From assembly GCA_016181055.1 (NCBI GenBank), contig JACOZZ010000056.1:1-18503 (forward strand): a stretch of DNA of 18,503 bases, read 5' to 3'. Positions 1 to 7,537 of the stretch are shown here, one piece after another. This stretch comes from Candidatus Yanofskybacteria bacterium. GTDB taxonomy: Bacteria > Patescibacteriota > Minisyncoccia > 2-02-FULL-40-12 > IGHO2-01-FULL-4-A. Position numbers and translations under genes: made by a program. The first letter of the stretch is position 1. Each line of letters opens with the position of its first letter. The notes beneath the pieces were generated by a model. That model was given only the letters and a program-made list of their open reading frames with translations. It did not search any database and was not told the DNA's origin.

Positions 1-71
1 GAGAACCTTGGTGGCTGCCGTATAACGACCTGACGAATTTAACGCTCAAAGCTTTTCTTAGGGGATTTTAA
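1..71 (+). CDS. 3' end of an unidentified CDS (partial, enters from left edge)
   Basis: Frame 3 is open from the window edge to TAA at 69-71. A strong intrinsic terminator follows 9 nt downstream. The fragment (about 22 codons) is too short to identify. Confidence 0.3.
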   Translation, partial: EPWWLPYNDLTNLTLKAFLRGF

Positions 72-79
72 TACCTTGT

Positions 80-124
80 CCGTCCCTCCCCAGTTTTACT
101 AAAACTGGGGAGGGACGGTTTTTT
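80..124 (+). terminator. Rho-independent terminator
   Basis: Perfect 18-bp stem: ccgtccctccccagtttt (80-97) pairs with aaaactggggagggacgg (101-118), with a 3-nt loop. A TTTTTT run follows at 119-124. Confidence 0.85.
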
Positions 125-127
125 AAT

Positions 128-150
128 AAAAAAACCGTCCTATGGGACGG
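128..150 (-). terminator. Small minus-strand terminator overlapping the stop codon of the TIM-barrel gene
   Basis: On the minus strand the sequence reads ccgtcc-cata-ggacgg followed by TTTTTTT (plus-strand A-run 128-134). The 6-bp stem is short. The TAG stop (140-142) lies in the loop. Confidence 0.45.
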
Positions 151-1279
151 TTGTTCGGTTAATTTCATCGACTGCCTGTCTTAAAATCTTAACTGACGGC
201 AGGGGGTCATGATAGTAATCTTCTATGACGATAGGACCGGAAAATCCTACTTGCTTGAGCGGCAGTAAAACATCTTTTTTAAGATCTAGCGAGCCTTCGC
301 CAAGCGGTTTGTGGTCCTGAAAAACCGGTTCCTTAAACCCCGACGGGTAATGTGTGACGGCAATTTTACGAATATCATGAAGATGCACTTGGGCGATTTT
401 TTGCCCGTGTTTCAAGATGAATTTTCTGGAATGGCCGAAGCCGTTTCTGATAACGTCGTGCCCGACATCAAAACAGATATGAACGTCAGTTTTTTTTGTA
501 ACAACGTCGGCCATTATATCAAAGTCGCTATATTCAAGATTTTCCAAGCAGATTTTTGCGGTGGGAATTATCTTTTTTAGTTCTGCCATGGCTTCTAAAA
601 CAGAAGGGATAACGATAGTGCTGTTCGCGTGGTGTTGAGTCCACCAAACTAAGACCTGAATGAATTTACGCAGGCCGTATTTTTTAAGCGGCGAGCGGGG
701 AAATATCTTGTCCAGTTCCTGTCTCAAAACCGGGTCAATGGCGTGCGTGTTCAAATAGCGGAAAAACCTGTCGCCGCCCAGATGCAGAACATAGTTAAGC
801 GGTTCCAGCGGTTCAAAAAGTTTGACCATTCTGCCTATTGCTTGTACTGAGGCTCGCCTAATCTCGGGGATGAAAGAATCTACCTGCAATCCGCCGAATT
901 GCGACAGGTGTTCGCTAAAGGTAACACCCTCTTCTCTCAGACGTTTCAAATATGGTATTTTATCCTGCCACCAGCGTGCTATCTCCGGTCTTAGGAAAAT
1001 TATATCATCATCAAATTCAAAATGTTCAGCGCCGGCGTTTCTTAGCTCCTCAATCTGGTTTTCAAGGTTAAACATTGAGAGTAACTTTTCCGGCGGCACT
1101 TGCGGTCCATGATAGATTCCGCTCAAGCACCGCCCGCCGAGTTTAAGCATCACATTGCCCATACGCCGGCGTAATCGCTGGTGATGCAGATGAGGATCTA
1201 AAATTAGCGTATCTTGCAGGATTTTCGGTATCAATTTGAAGGTATTTAAAAGAGTTCCTACACGCATGCCGTTATTCAT
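140..1279 (-). CDS. Xylose-isomerase-like TIM-barrel protein (sugar phosphate isomerase/epimerase, AP endonuclease 2 superfamily)
   Basis: The 379-aa ORF carries the ordered metal-ligand motifs of this fold: CLENLE, FDVGHD, VHLHD, HKPLGEGSLD and IVIED. It is longer than typical members. Substrate is unknown. Confidence 0.65.
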   Translation of the reverse strand: MNNGMRVGTLLNTFKLIPKILQDTLILDPHLHHQRLRRRMGNVMLKLGGRCLSGIYHGPQVPPEKLLSMFNLENQIEELRNAGAEHFEFDDDIIFLRPEIARWWQDKIPYLKRLREEGVTFSEHLSQFGGLQVDSFIPEIRRASVQAIGRMVKLFEPLEPLNYVLHLGGDRFFRYLNTHAIDPVLRQELDKIFPRSPLKKYGLRKFIQVLVWWTQHHANSTIVIPSVLEAMAELKKIIPTAKICLENLEYSDFDIMADVVTKKTDVHICFDVGHDVIRNGFGHSRKFILKHGQKIAQVHLHDIRKIAVTHYPSGFKEPVFQDHKPLGEGSLDLKKDVLLPLKQVGFSGPIVIEDYYHDPLPSVKILRQAVDEINRTTVP

Positions 1280-1295
1280 GGTGATAATCCCTCTA

Positions 1296-1318
1296 TTTTG
1301 TAAAAGACCTTTACAAAA
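1296..1318. promoter_or_regulatory. Perfect 9-bp inverted repeat in the divergent intergenic region (candidate operator)
   Basis: ttttgtaaa (1296-1304) and tttacaaaa (1310-1318) are exact reverse complements separated by 5 nt. The repeat lies between the minus-strand start at 1279 and the nrdJ -35 box. Confidence 0.3.
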
Positions 1319-1349
1319 AGCATATACCCAAGAAGTTTTTTTATCAACA

Positions 1350-1378
1350 TTGGACTTTTATTTTCAGATTGCTATAAT
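1350..1378 (+). promoter_or_regulatory. Sigma70-type promoter for nrdJ
   Basis: TTGGAC (1350-1355), a 17-nt spacer, then consensus TATAAT (1373-1378). A GGAGG Shine-Dalgarno at 1405-1409 lies 4 nt before the ATG at 1414. Confidence 0.6.
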
Positions 1379-1413
1379 TCCAACCACTTGTTCGTTAACA
1401 AAGTGGAGGCAAA

Positions 1414-4080
1414 ATGAGTGAACAAAACAAGGGCCTTTCGTGGCCTCGTTTATTTGGTGAAGGCGATCCATATGATTCTATAAACTGGGAAAAAAGAACT
1501 GCGAAAATTACCAAGGCAAATGGCGAAGTGGTTTTTGAACAAAATGACGTAGAGGTGCCTGTATCTTGGAGTCAAACTGCGACTGATATCGTAGCATCCA
1601 AATATTTTCGCGGCCGTTTCGGAACGTCGGAAAGAGAATGCAGTGCCAGGCAAATGGTTGACCGTGTTGCTAATTCCATCACTGCCTGGGGCCTAAAAGG
1701 CGGTTATTTTGCAACCGAACTGGATGCTGAACATTTCAGGCAGGACCTAAAATTCTTATTGATAAACCAATGGGCGGCCTTCAATAGCCCCGTTTGGTTT
1801 AATGTCGGAGTTTATGATAAACCCCAATGTTCTGCTTGTTTCATTCTCTCAGTAGAAGACAATATGGCCTCAATTTTAGAGTGGTTTGTTACGGAGGGCT
1901 GGATATTTAAGGGCGGTTCCGGCAGCGGCACCAATCTTTCAAAACTCCGTTCGTCTTTTGAAGACCTGTCTCGCGGCGGGAAATCTTCCGGTCCTGTTTC
2001 TTTTATGAAAGGTTCGGATGGCGTGGCTAACAGTATTCGTTCAGGCGGGACAACTCGGAGAGCCGCTAAAATGGTTGTCCTAAATGCCGACCACCCAGAT
2101 ATTAAAGATTTTATTTTGTGCAAGGTGATTACCGAGGATTACACCAGGATTCTGGAGGCAAGCGGCAAAAAGGCGTCCATTGAAGGCGAACTCTTTAATC
2201 CCTACACTCTATTACCTTATCAAAACGCCAATAATTCCGTGCGCGTGACAGATGAGTTTATGCGGCGGGTTGAGGCCGATGAAGACTGGGAACTCAAGGC
2301 AGTAACTACCGGAAAAACACTCAAGACTGTAAAGGCAAGAGAGGTGATGAACTGGATTACCGATGCCGCTTGGCGTTCTGCCGATCCGGGCATGCAGTTT
2401 GACACTACTATCAACAACTGGCATACCTGCCCACGAAGCGGCAGAATTAACGCCTCAAATCCCTGCAGTGAATATATGCATTTAGATGACAGCGCCTGTA
2501 ATCTGGCCTCGCTTAATCTGATTAAGTTTTTGAATGAAGACGGTACCTTTGATGTCGCTGACTTCGAAAGAGCTATAGGCACCATAATCCTTGCTCAGGA
2601 AATCATTGTCGGCAATTCTTCTTATCCTACGGAAAAAATAACGGCAAATGCTCATGCTTTTCGCGAGCTTGGGCTTGGTTATGCCAATCTTGGAAGTTTG
2701 TTGATGAATATGGGCCTTGCTTACGATTCTGATTCCGGTCGAGCAACGGCAGCTGCTATTACCTCAATAATGTGCGGTATCGCTTATCTGACGTCTGCAA
2801 GAATTGCAGCTAGAACTGAACCATTTGGCGGATATAATTTAAACAGCCAACCAATGCTGGAAGTAATTAAAAAGCATAGCCAAGCAGCAGAAACACTGTC
2901 TCACGATATTGGTCCGGTGAACTATTTGATGGAAGTGTCAAAGAAAGCTTGGAAGACGGCATTAGAATTGGGTCATAAATTCGGCTATCGCAACTCCCAG
3001 GTGACAGTTTTGGCCCCGACAGGTACTATCGCATTTCTAATGGATTGCGATACGACCGGTATTGAGCCGGAACTAGCACTGGTTAAATATAAAAAGCTGG
3101 TTGGCGGCGGGACGTTGAAACTAGTAAACAATCAAGTGGCCGGAGCTCTTAAAAAACTTGGTTATAACGGACACCAGATTGACTCAATTAAAAATTATAT
3201 TTTAGAAAAGGAAACCATAGAGGGAGCGCCGCATCTTAAAGAAGAACATTTGTCCGTTTTTGATTGTTCTTTTAAGGCGCGGAACGGCGTCAGAAGCATC
3301 AGTTATATGGGTCACATCAAAATGATGGGTGCCGTACAGCCGTTTATATCGGGTGCGATTTCCAAAACTGTTAATTTACCAAATGACGCTACCGCGAAGG
3401 ATATCCGCGAGGCTTTTATCCAATCCTGGAAGCTTGGCTTGAAGGCAGTAGCGGTTTATCGCGATGGCTGTAAGAGCGTTCAGCCGCTTAATGTTTCTGC
3501 CGAAGAAGTTACAAGAAAGGACGGAGTAGAAAAAGAGGGCAGATACGTAAGAATAAAACTCCCACGCGATAGAGACGCGAAGACTCATAAATTTTCAGTC
3601 GGAGGACACGAAGGATATTTAACCGTAGGCCTTTATCCCGACGGGACGCCGGGGGAAACCTTTATTGTTATAGCCAAAGAGGGCAGTACCGTCTCTGGTT
3701 TATTTGATACCATTGCGACATTGACCTCGGTTTGCCTGCAATCCGGGGTGCCATTGAAAGTTTTGGTTAAAAAATTCAAAGATATGAGGTTTGAACCGGC
3801 GGGCATAACTGAGAACCCGGAAATTCGTTTTGCCAGCTCCGTAGTTGACTATATATTCAGGTGGCTCGGTAAGAAATTTCTTTCAAAAGAAGACCAGGAA
3901 GAAATTTTTGGTCCGCCAATACAAAACCCGACGCCAGTTGGCAGTAATGAAAAAATAATTACCGGCGGCAGTACCAGTACGGATGCGCCGACATGTGATC
4001 GGTGCGGTACAATTATGAACAGGGCCGGCTCTTGTTATGCATGTCCGAATTGTGCGAATACAACCGGTGCGTGCAATTGA
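1414..4080 (+). CDS. nrdJ: Class II adenosylcobalamin-dependent ribonucleotide reductase
   Basis: The 888-aa ORF has RNR hallmarks: NSPVWFN, the catalytic-loop region NPCSEY, CNLASLNL and APTGTIAF. It also has the C-terminal Cys-rich zinc-finger tail typical of class II enzymes (CDRCG...CYACPNC...GAC). Strong RBS and promoter are present. Confidence 0.93.
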   Translation: MSEQNKGLSWPRLFGEGDPYDSINWEKRTAKITKANGEVVFEQNDVEVPVSWSQTATDIVASKYFRGRFGTSERECSARQMVDRVANSITAWGLKGGYFATELDAEHFRQDLKFLLINQWAAFNSPVWFNVGVYDKPQCSACFILSVEDNMASILEWFVTEGWIFKGGSGSGTNLSKLRSSFEDLSRGGKSSGPVSFMKGSDGVANSIRSGGTTRRAAKMVVLNADHPDIKDFILCKVITEDYTRILEASGKKASIEGELFNPYTLLPYQNANNSVRVTDEFMRRVEADEDWELKAVTTGKTLKTVKAREVMNWITDAAWRSADPGMQFDTTINNWHTCPRSGRINASNPCSEYMHLDDSACNLASLNLIKFLNEDGTFDVADFERAIGTIILAQEIIVGNSSYPTEKITANAHAFRELGLGYANLGSLLMNMGLAYDSDSGRATAAAITSIMCGIAYLTSARIAARTEPFGGYNLNSQPMLEVIKKHSQAAETLSHDIGPVNYLMEVSKKAWKTALELGHKFGYRNSQVTVLAPTGTIAFLMDCDTTGIEPELALVKYKKLVGGGTLKLVNNQVAGALKKLGYNGHQIDSIKNYILEKETIEGAPHLKEEHLSVFDCSFKARNGVRSISYMGHIKMMGAVQPFISGAISKTVNLPNDATAKDIREAFIQSWKLGLKAVAVYRDGCKSVQPLNVSAEEVTRKDGVEKEGRYVRIKLPRDRDAKTHKFSVGGHEGYLTVGLYPDGTPGETFIVIAKEGSTVSGLFDTIATLTSVCLQSGVPLKVLVKKFKDMRFEPAGITENPEIRFASSVVDYIFRWLGKKFLSKEDQEEIFGPPIQNPTPVGSNEKIITGGSTSTDAPTCDRCGTIMNRAGSCYACPNCANTTGACN

Positions 4081-4090
4081 TATTCTTTAT

Positions 4091-4117
4091 ACCCGCTTAT
4101 TAGCGGGTTTTGTTTTG
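4091..4117 (+). terminator. Rho-independent terminator after nrdJ
   Basis: 7-bp stem acccgct / agcgggt with a 4-nt loop, followed by tttgttttg. Confidence 0.75.
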
Positions 4118-4142
4118 CGATTTTTTACAATTGATGTATAAT
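4115..4142 (+). promoter_or_regulatory. Promoter; the -10 box lies 8 nt upstream of the ATG at 4151 (leaderless or near-leaderless)
   Basis: TTGCGA (4115-4120), a 16-nt spacer, then TATAAT (4137-4142). There is no Shine-Dalgarno before ATG 4151. Confidence 0.5.
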
Positions 4143-4150
4143 TGAGTCAT

Positions 4151-4573
4151 ATGAATTCATGGCTATCAATTTTACTGATCGCGGGTTTTCTGGGCATAGC
4201 CATTTTTGGTTTTATGGGAATGGATGCCAGCGGACACGGCCATATGGATTGCATTGCTACGGCAGTGCAGGGCAAAGTATGCCCCGAAGCGCTTGGTGCC
4301 GCCGGTTTTATTAATTTTCATTTTAATGCTGCCAGGTTTTTCTCAACAGCGGTTTTCGGGTCTTTAGTGATAGCGGTTTTGGCAATGCTTTTAACGCTGG
4401 CTTTAATAACTTTATTTTTAAGCCGATGGCGCGATTTGCCGCTGATTGCAAAATATCGCCTGCCGCAATTTTTATTGGCACCTGCTTCTCTACCCAAAGA
4501 CTCTCTCAATTATTGGTTATTGCTTCACGAAAAACGCGACCCCTCTTACTTTTTTAGCTTCCGGCCGATTTAA
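4151..4573 (+). CDS. Small two-TM membrane protein with an extracytoplasmic His/Cys/Met loop (SGHGHMDC...VCPE)
   Basis: The ORF track starts at TTG 4142, which overlaps the -10 box, so I prefer the in-frame ATG at 4151. Two hydrophobic helices flank a loop carrying HGHMDC and a second Cys. I recognise no family. Confidence 0.55.
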   Translation: MNSWLSILLIAGFLGIAIFGFMGMDASGHGHMDCIATAVQGKVCPEALGAAGFINFHFNAARFFSTAVFGSLVIAVLAMLLTLALITLFLSRWRDLPLIAKYRLPQFLLAPASLPKDSLNYWLLLHEKRDPSYFFSFRPI

Positions 4574-4611
4574 TTAGAGCTTGTCCGCTTTAATTGTCGT
4601 TGGAAGCTTTT

Positions 4612-4638
4612 AGCCGCCCATAAGCGGTTTTTATTTTT
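4612..4638 (+). terminator. Weak candidate terminator
   Basis: 6-bp stem agccgc / gcggtt (one G-U pair), loop ccataa, then tttattttt. Confidence 0.4.
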
Positions 4639-4659
4639 GAGCAATCTTTGATCCATAAC

Positions 4660-5169
4660 ATGAACAATAAAAATATAAAAAGTACGCTCATTTCCGTGGC
4701 TACGATCATTGTTCTTTTTGGGGGTTTAATTTGGCTGTCGCGAAACGAAACCGGAAACGGCGAGGCCAATATAAGCCAGTCCGGCGGCGGAACTCTTTCT
4801 GCTGAAGAAATAAGTTTTGATTTTGGCGCTATCTCAATGGCAAACGGCAAAGTCTCGCATATATTCAAAATAAAAAACGAAAGCGGTGAGCCGGCAATGA
4901 TATCTAAGATTTACACTTCTTGCATGTGTACTGAAGCGACTTTGACGCGCGGCGATAAAAAATCTGGTCCGTTTGGTATGCCAGGGCATAGCGGAATCCC
5001 CAAAATTAATGAGACTATAAACCCTGGAGAATCGGTTGACGTTGAAGCAGTTTTTGACCCGGCAGCCCACGGACCGTCGGGTGTTGGCTTGGCTGATAGG
5101 GTCGTTTTTGTTGAAGACGGCGCTGGCCAGCAATTGCAGCTGAAGTTTAAAGCGATGGTTACCCCGTAA
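4660..5169 (+). CDS. DUF1573-domain (Ig-like) envelope protein with a CxC motif
   Basis: An N-terminal TM/signal anchor is followed by the DUF1573 signature: FDFG..xxG.VSH.F...N.G..P..I....TSCMCT. An insert rich in Met/His (GPFGMPGHSG) is present. I prefer ATG 4660 over the track's TTG at 4648. Confidence 0.7.
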   Translation: MNNKNIKSTLISVATIIVLFGGLIWLSRNETGNGEANISQSGGGTLSAEEISFDFGAISMANGKVSHIFKIKNESGEPAMISKIYTSCMCTEATLTRGDKKSGPFGMPGHSGIPKINETINPGESVDVEAVFDPAAHGPSGVGLADRVVFVEDGAGQQLQLKFKAMVTP

Positions 5170-5228
5170 CGTACATCCCCCCGTAACGCATACGCACGTA
5201 CGTTACGGGGTCCGTATGCGTTACGGGG
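5162..5228. repeat. Four-copy interleaved inverted repeat of CCCCGTAACG
   Basis: 5162-5174 is the exact reverse complement of 5198-5210 (13 bp). 5179-5194 is the exact reverse complement of 5213-5228 (16 bp). All four copies share the core ccccgtaacg / cgttacgggg. The TAA stop of the upstream gene (5167-5169) lies inside copy 1. Confidence 0.85.
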
Positions 5229-5250
5229 TTAATCCCTAGTTTTCACCACT

Positions 5251-6030
5251 ATGCAGAAAAAATTAATTATTTTAATTATCGCCGGTATCGTATTATTGTC
5301 GGTGATTTTGCTGTTTCGTTTTAGCTTAGGAACTACGACGCTATGGAGATTGTCTGATGGGGGAAAATGGCTCTTTCCGCTTGTTACTGTTGCCGCCTTG
5401 GTTGATAGCATTAATCCTTGCGCCTTCTCAATACTGCTTTTGACCATTGCCTTTTTGTTCAGCGTGGGGCGGCTGCGTTCCAATATTCTCAAGATAGGCG
5501 GTGTTTATATTCTCGGCATATTTCTGGCCTATCTTCTGATCGGCTTAGGTTTGCTGCAGGCACTGTATATTTTCAATACCCCGCATTTTATGGCAAAAAT
5601 CGGGGCGGTGCTGCTGGTTGTCTTCGGATTGCTTAACGTTTTTGAAGTTATCTGGCCAAGATTTCCCATAAAATTACACATTCCCCACTCCGCTCACCAC
5701 AAAATGGCGGGCCTGATAGACCGGGCGAGCATACCCACGGCATTTATGCTCGGCGCGTTGGTCGGCGTTTGCGAGTTTCCCTGTACTGGAGGACCCTACT
5801 TGGCAGTACTCGGCTTGCTCCATGATTCAGTTACATATTTGAAGGGGTTTGGCTACCTGGTCTTCTATAATGCCGTATTTGTCTTGCCGTTAGTTATAAT
5901 TCTCTCCATCGCGTCTAACCAGAGCGTGTTGGAAAAAGTCCAAGCCTGGCAAAATCAAGAACGCAAACAAGAACGTCTGATTGCCGGCGTTTTGATGGCA
6001 GCACTCGGGGCCCTAATATTCCTGCTATGA
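5251..6030 (+). CDS. ccdA: CcdA/DsbD-family transmembrane thiol:disulfide electron transporter
   Basis: Polytopic membrane protein with the two conserved membrane-embedded Cys motifs of the DsbD_2/CcdA family: DSINPCAF, and CEFPCTGGPY in the second half. Confidence 0.8.
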   Translation: MQKKLIILIIAGIVLLSVILLFRFSLGTTTLWRLSDGGKWLFPLVTVAALVDSINPCAFSILLLTIAFLFSVGRLRSNILKIGGVYILGIFLAYLLIGLGLLQALYIFNTPHFMAKIGAVLLVVFGLLNVFEVIWPRFPIKLHIPHSAHHKMAGLIDRASIPTAFMLGALVGVCEFPCTGGPYLAVLGLLHDSVTYLKGFGYLVFYNAVFVLPLVIILSIASNQSVLEKVQAWQNQERKQERLIAGVLMAALGALIFLL

Positions 6031-6482
6031 TTACTGCAATAATTTTAATCGCAATAATTTCCGGGACCTTTATCATATTGAATTGGTTTTTGCCGTTCAA
6101 AATTTGTCCAATTTGCGCCGGTGTAAGCGGGAGCTGGCTGATACTGACCGCAGGTATCGTGTTTGGCCAATGGCCGGGGGATTATAAATTACCTATCGCA
6201 ATGCTGATGGGCGGGACAGTAGTAGGGATTGCCTTTCAGGGCGAAGCGAAGTTTGGCTGGGCAAAAAAAAGCATCTATACGTGGAAAGCGCCGGTTATTA
6301 TCTTTGGCATGCCTGTAGCATTTTGGTTGTTAAAAAATATGAGCCCGACAATATTCGTGGCAGAAGTAATCTCGTCGGTATTATTAATTTATGTATTTTT
6401 CATCAAATCATCACGCTCGGGCGATCGTGTTGACAGCGGGCACGTTACCGAACTGGAAAAAAAGATGAAAAATTGTTGTTAA
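6027..6482 (+). CDS. Four-TM membrane protein with a CPIC (CxxC) motif at the end of TM1 and a C-terminal ...NCC
   Basis: Its ATG overlaps the ccdA stop (ATGA at 6027-6030), implying translational coupling. The hydrophobic profile is clear. I recognise no family. Confidence 0.55.
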   Translation: MITAIILIAIISGTFIILNWFLPFKICPICAGVSGSWLILTAGIVFGQWPGDYKLPIAMLMGGTVVGIAFQGEAKFGWAKKSIYTWKAPVIIFGMPVAFWLLKNMSPTIFVAEVISSVLLIYVFFIKSSRSGDRVDSGHVTELEKKMKNCC

Positions 6483-6483
6483 T

Positions 6484-7467
6484 ATGTTTGATAATATTCT
6501 CAGAAAAGAATTTATGAAGAAAATAATGACCCGAATAATAGGCGCGGTAAAGACGCAGGAATTTTTGGGTGCATTGAGCATAGCTTTGGCGGTGGGGATT
6601 GCCGTTTATGCCCTTGTTGATTTAGATGTAACCGTGGGACGCGGGCCGATTTTATCCAAGCTTTTCGGTACCGCTGAAGAGAGGCAAGAGCGGTTGGCTC
6701 AAAAACAACTTGCTTTGCTTGAAGCAGCGGTTCTGCCGCAAGGCGGGGCGGTATTACCGGTTATTTGGAGCGATTTAGGGAGACAGCTGGCGGAGTCGGG
6801 CGTCATTGATGCCGGTAAGTTTGAAAAACTTTATGAGTCTCGCGGCGGCCTGAACGAAGAAGACAAAAAACTATTGTACGGCGCCGGCAATGGGAACCTT
6901 AGGATAACCGAACAAAATTCAGGCTTACTGTTAAATTTGTTATGGGCTTTGGGTTTGGGCAATAAAAACGAAATTTTGGAAAAGGGCCCGATGATGGATA
7001 AAAGTTTTGGCGGGGCAGACAGATTTGCTTCTACTGGTGGCTGGTCGCTGGCCGAAGGTAATATTATGCAGCACTACAGTATGCATCGTTTTCTGAACCT
7101 GACACCGGAACAGCAGGAATTAGTCCAGCGAGTAAGCTTGAATATTTTTCGCCCATGCTGCAATAACCCGACCTATTTTCCTGATTGTAATCACGGCATG
7201 GCTATGTTGGGATTTTTGGAGCTGATGGCTTCGCAGGGAGTTGGCGAGGAAGAGATGTATAAATCCGCGCTTGCGGTTAACGCATTTTGGTTTCCCGACA
7301 ATTATCTGACAATTGCTAAATATCTGGAATCTAAGGGTTTAAACTGGGGTAAAACGGAACCGAAAGCGCTTCTCGGGGCCAATTTTTCAAGTGCCAGCGG
7401 TTATAAGCAGATATTGACGCAAGTTAGTCCGCCCACTCAGCAAAGCGGCGGCAGTTGCGGAATATAA
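6484..7467 (+). CDS. Membrane-anchored exported protein with the Cys/His motif PCCNNPTYFPDCNHG and a C-terminal GGSCGI
   Basis: It starts 1 nt after the upstream stop. It has one N-terminal TM anchor (FLGALSIALAVGIAVYALV) followed by a soluble domain of about 270 aa. The CC-x8-C-x-H cluster is the most distinctive element. I recognise no family. Confidence 0.6.
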   Translation: MFDNILRKEFMKKIMTRIIGAVKTQEFLGALSIALAVGIAVYALVDLDVTVGRGPILSKLFGTAEERQERLAQKQLALLEAAVLPQGGAVLPVIWSDLGRQLAESGVIDAGKFEKLYESRGGLNEEDKKLLYGAGNGNLRITEQNSGLLLNLLWALGLGNKNEILEKGPMMDKSFGGADRFASTGGWSLAEGNIMQHYSMHRFLNLTPEQQELVQRVSLNIFRPCCNNPTYFPDCNHGMAMLGFLELMASQGVGEEEMYKSALAVNAFWFPDNYLTIAKYLESKGLNWGKTEPKALLGANFSSASGYKQILTQVSPPTQQSGGSCGI

Positions 7468-7503
7468 AATTAGGTTTTAGTTTTTAGGTGTTAGGTTTTG
7501 GGT

Positions 7504-7531
7504 TTGAAAATTAAGAAGGGGGTGATAGAAT
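7504..7531 (+). promoter_or_regulatory. Promoter with extended -10; the ATG lies 6 nt downstream (leaderless)
   Basis: TTGAAA (7504-7509), a 16-nt spacer ending in TGa, then TAGAAT (7526-7531). Six nt (cggagt) follow before ATG 7538. Confidence 0.5.
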
Positions 7532-7537
7532 CGGAGT

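Noticed and set aside
1280-1413. Cobalamin riboswitch or NrdR box upstream of nrdJ
   Set aside because: The leader is only about 35 nt after the predicted -10 box, which is far too short for a B12 riboswitch. The palindrome TTTTGTAAA-N5-TTTACAAAA does not resemble the NrdR-box consensus I know (acaCwAtATaTwgtgt-like). It is kept only as a generic candidate operator.
1236-1421. 61-aa plus-strand ORF spanning the divergent intergenic region
   Set aside because: It overlaps the 5' end of the minus-strand gene and runs through the nrdJ promoter and RBS. It has no coding-like composition.
5162-5228. H-type pseudoknot formed by simultaneous pairing of copies 1:3 and 2:4
   Set aside because: The connecting loops would be only 4, 3 and 2 nt, and they would have to span 13- and 16-bp helices. 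That is sterically implausible, so the pairings are better treated as alternatives.
7468-7505. Telomere-like TTAGGT/TTTGGG-rich tract after the 327-aa gene
   Set aside because: There are only three loose copies with irregular spacing in an otherwise T/G-rich spacer that also hosts the next promoter's -35 box. There is no hairpin and no tandem periodicity. It is most simply spacer composition.
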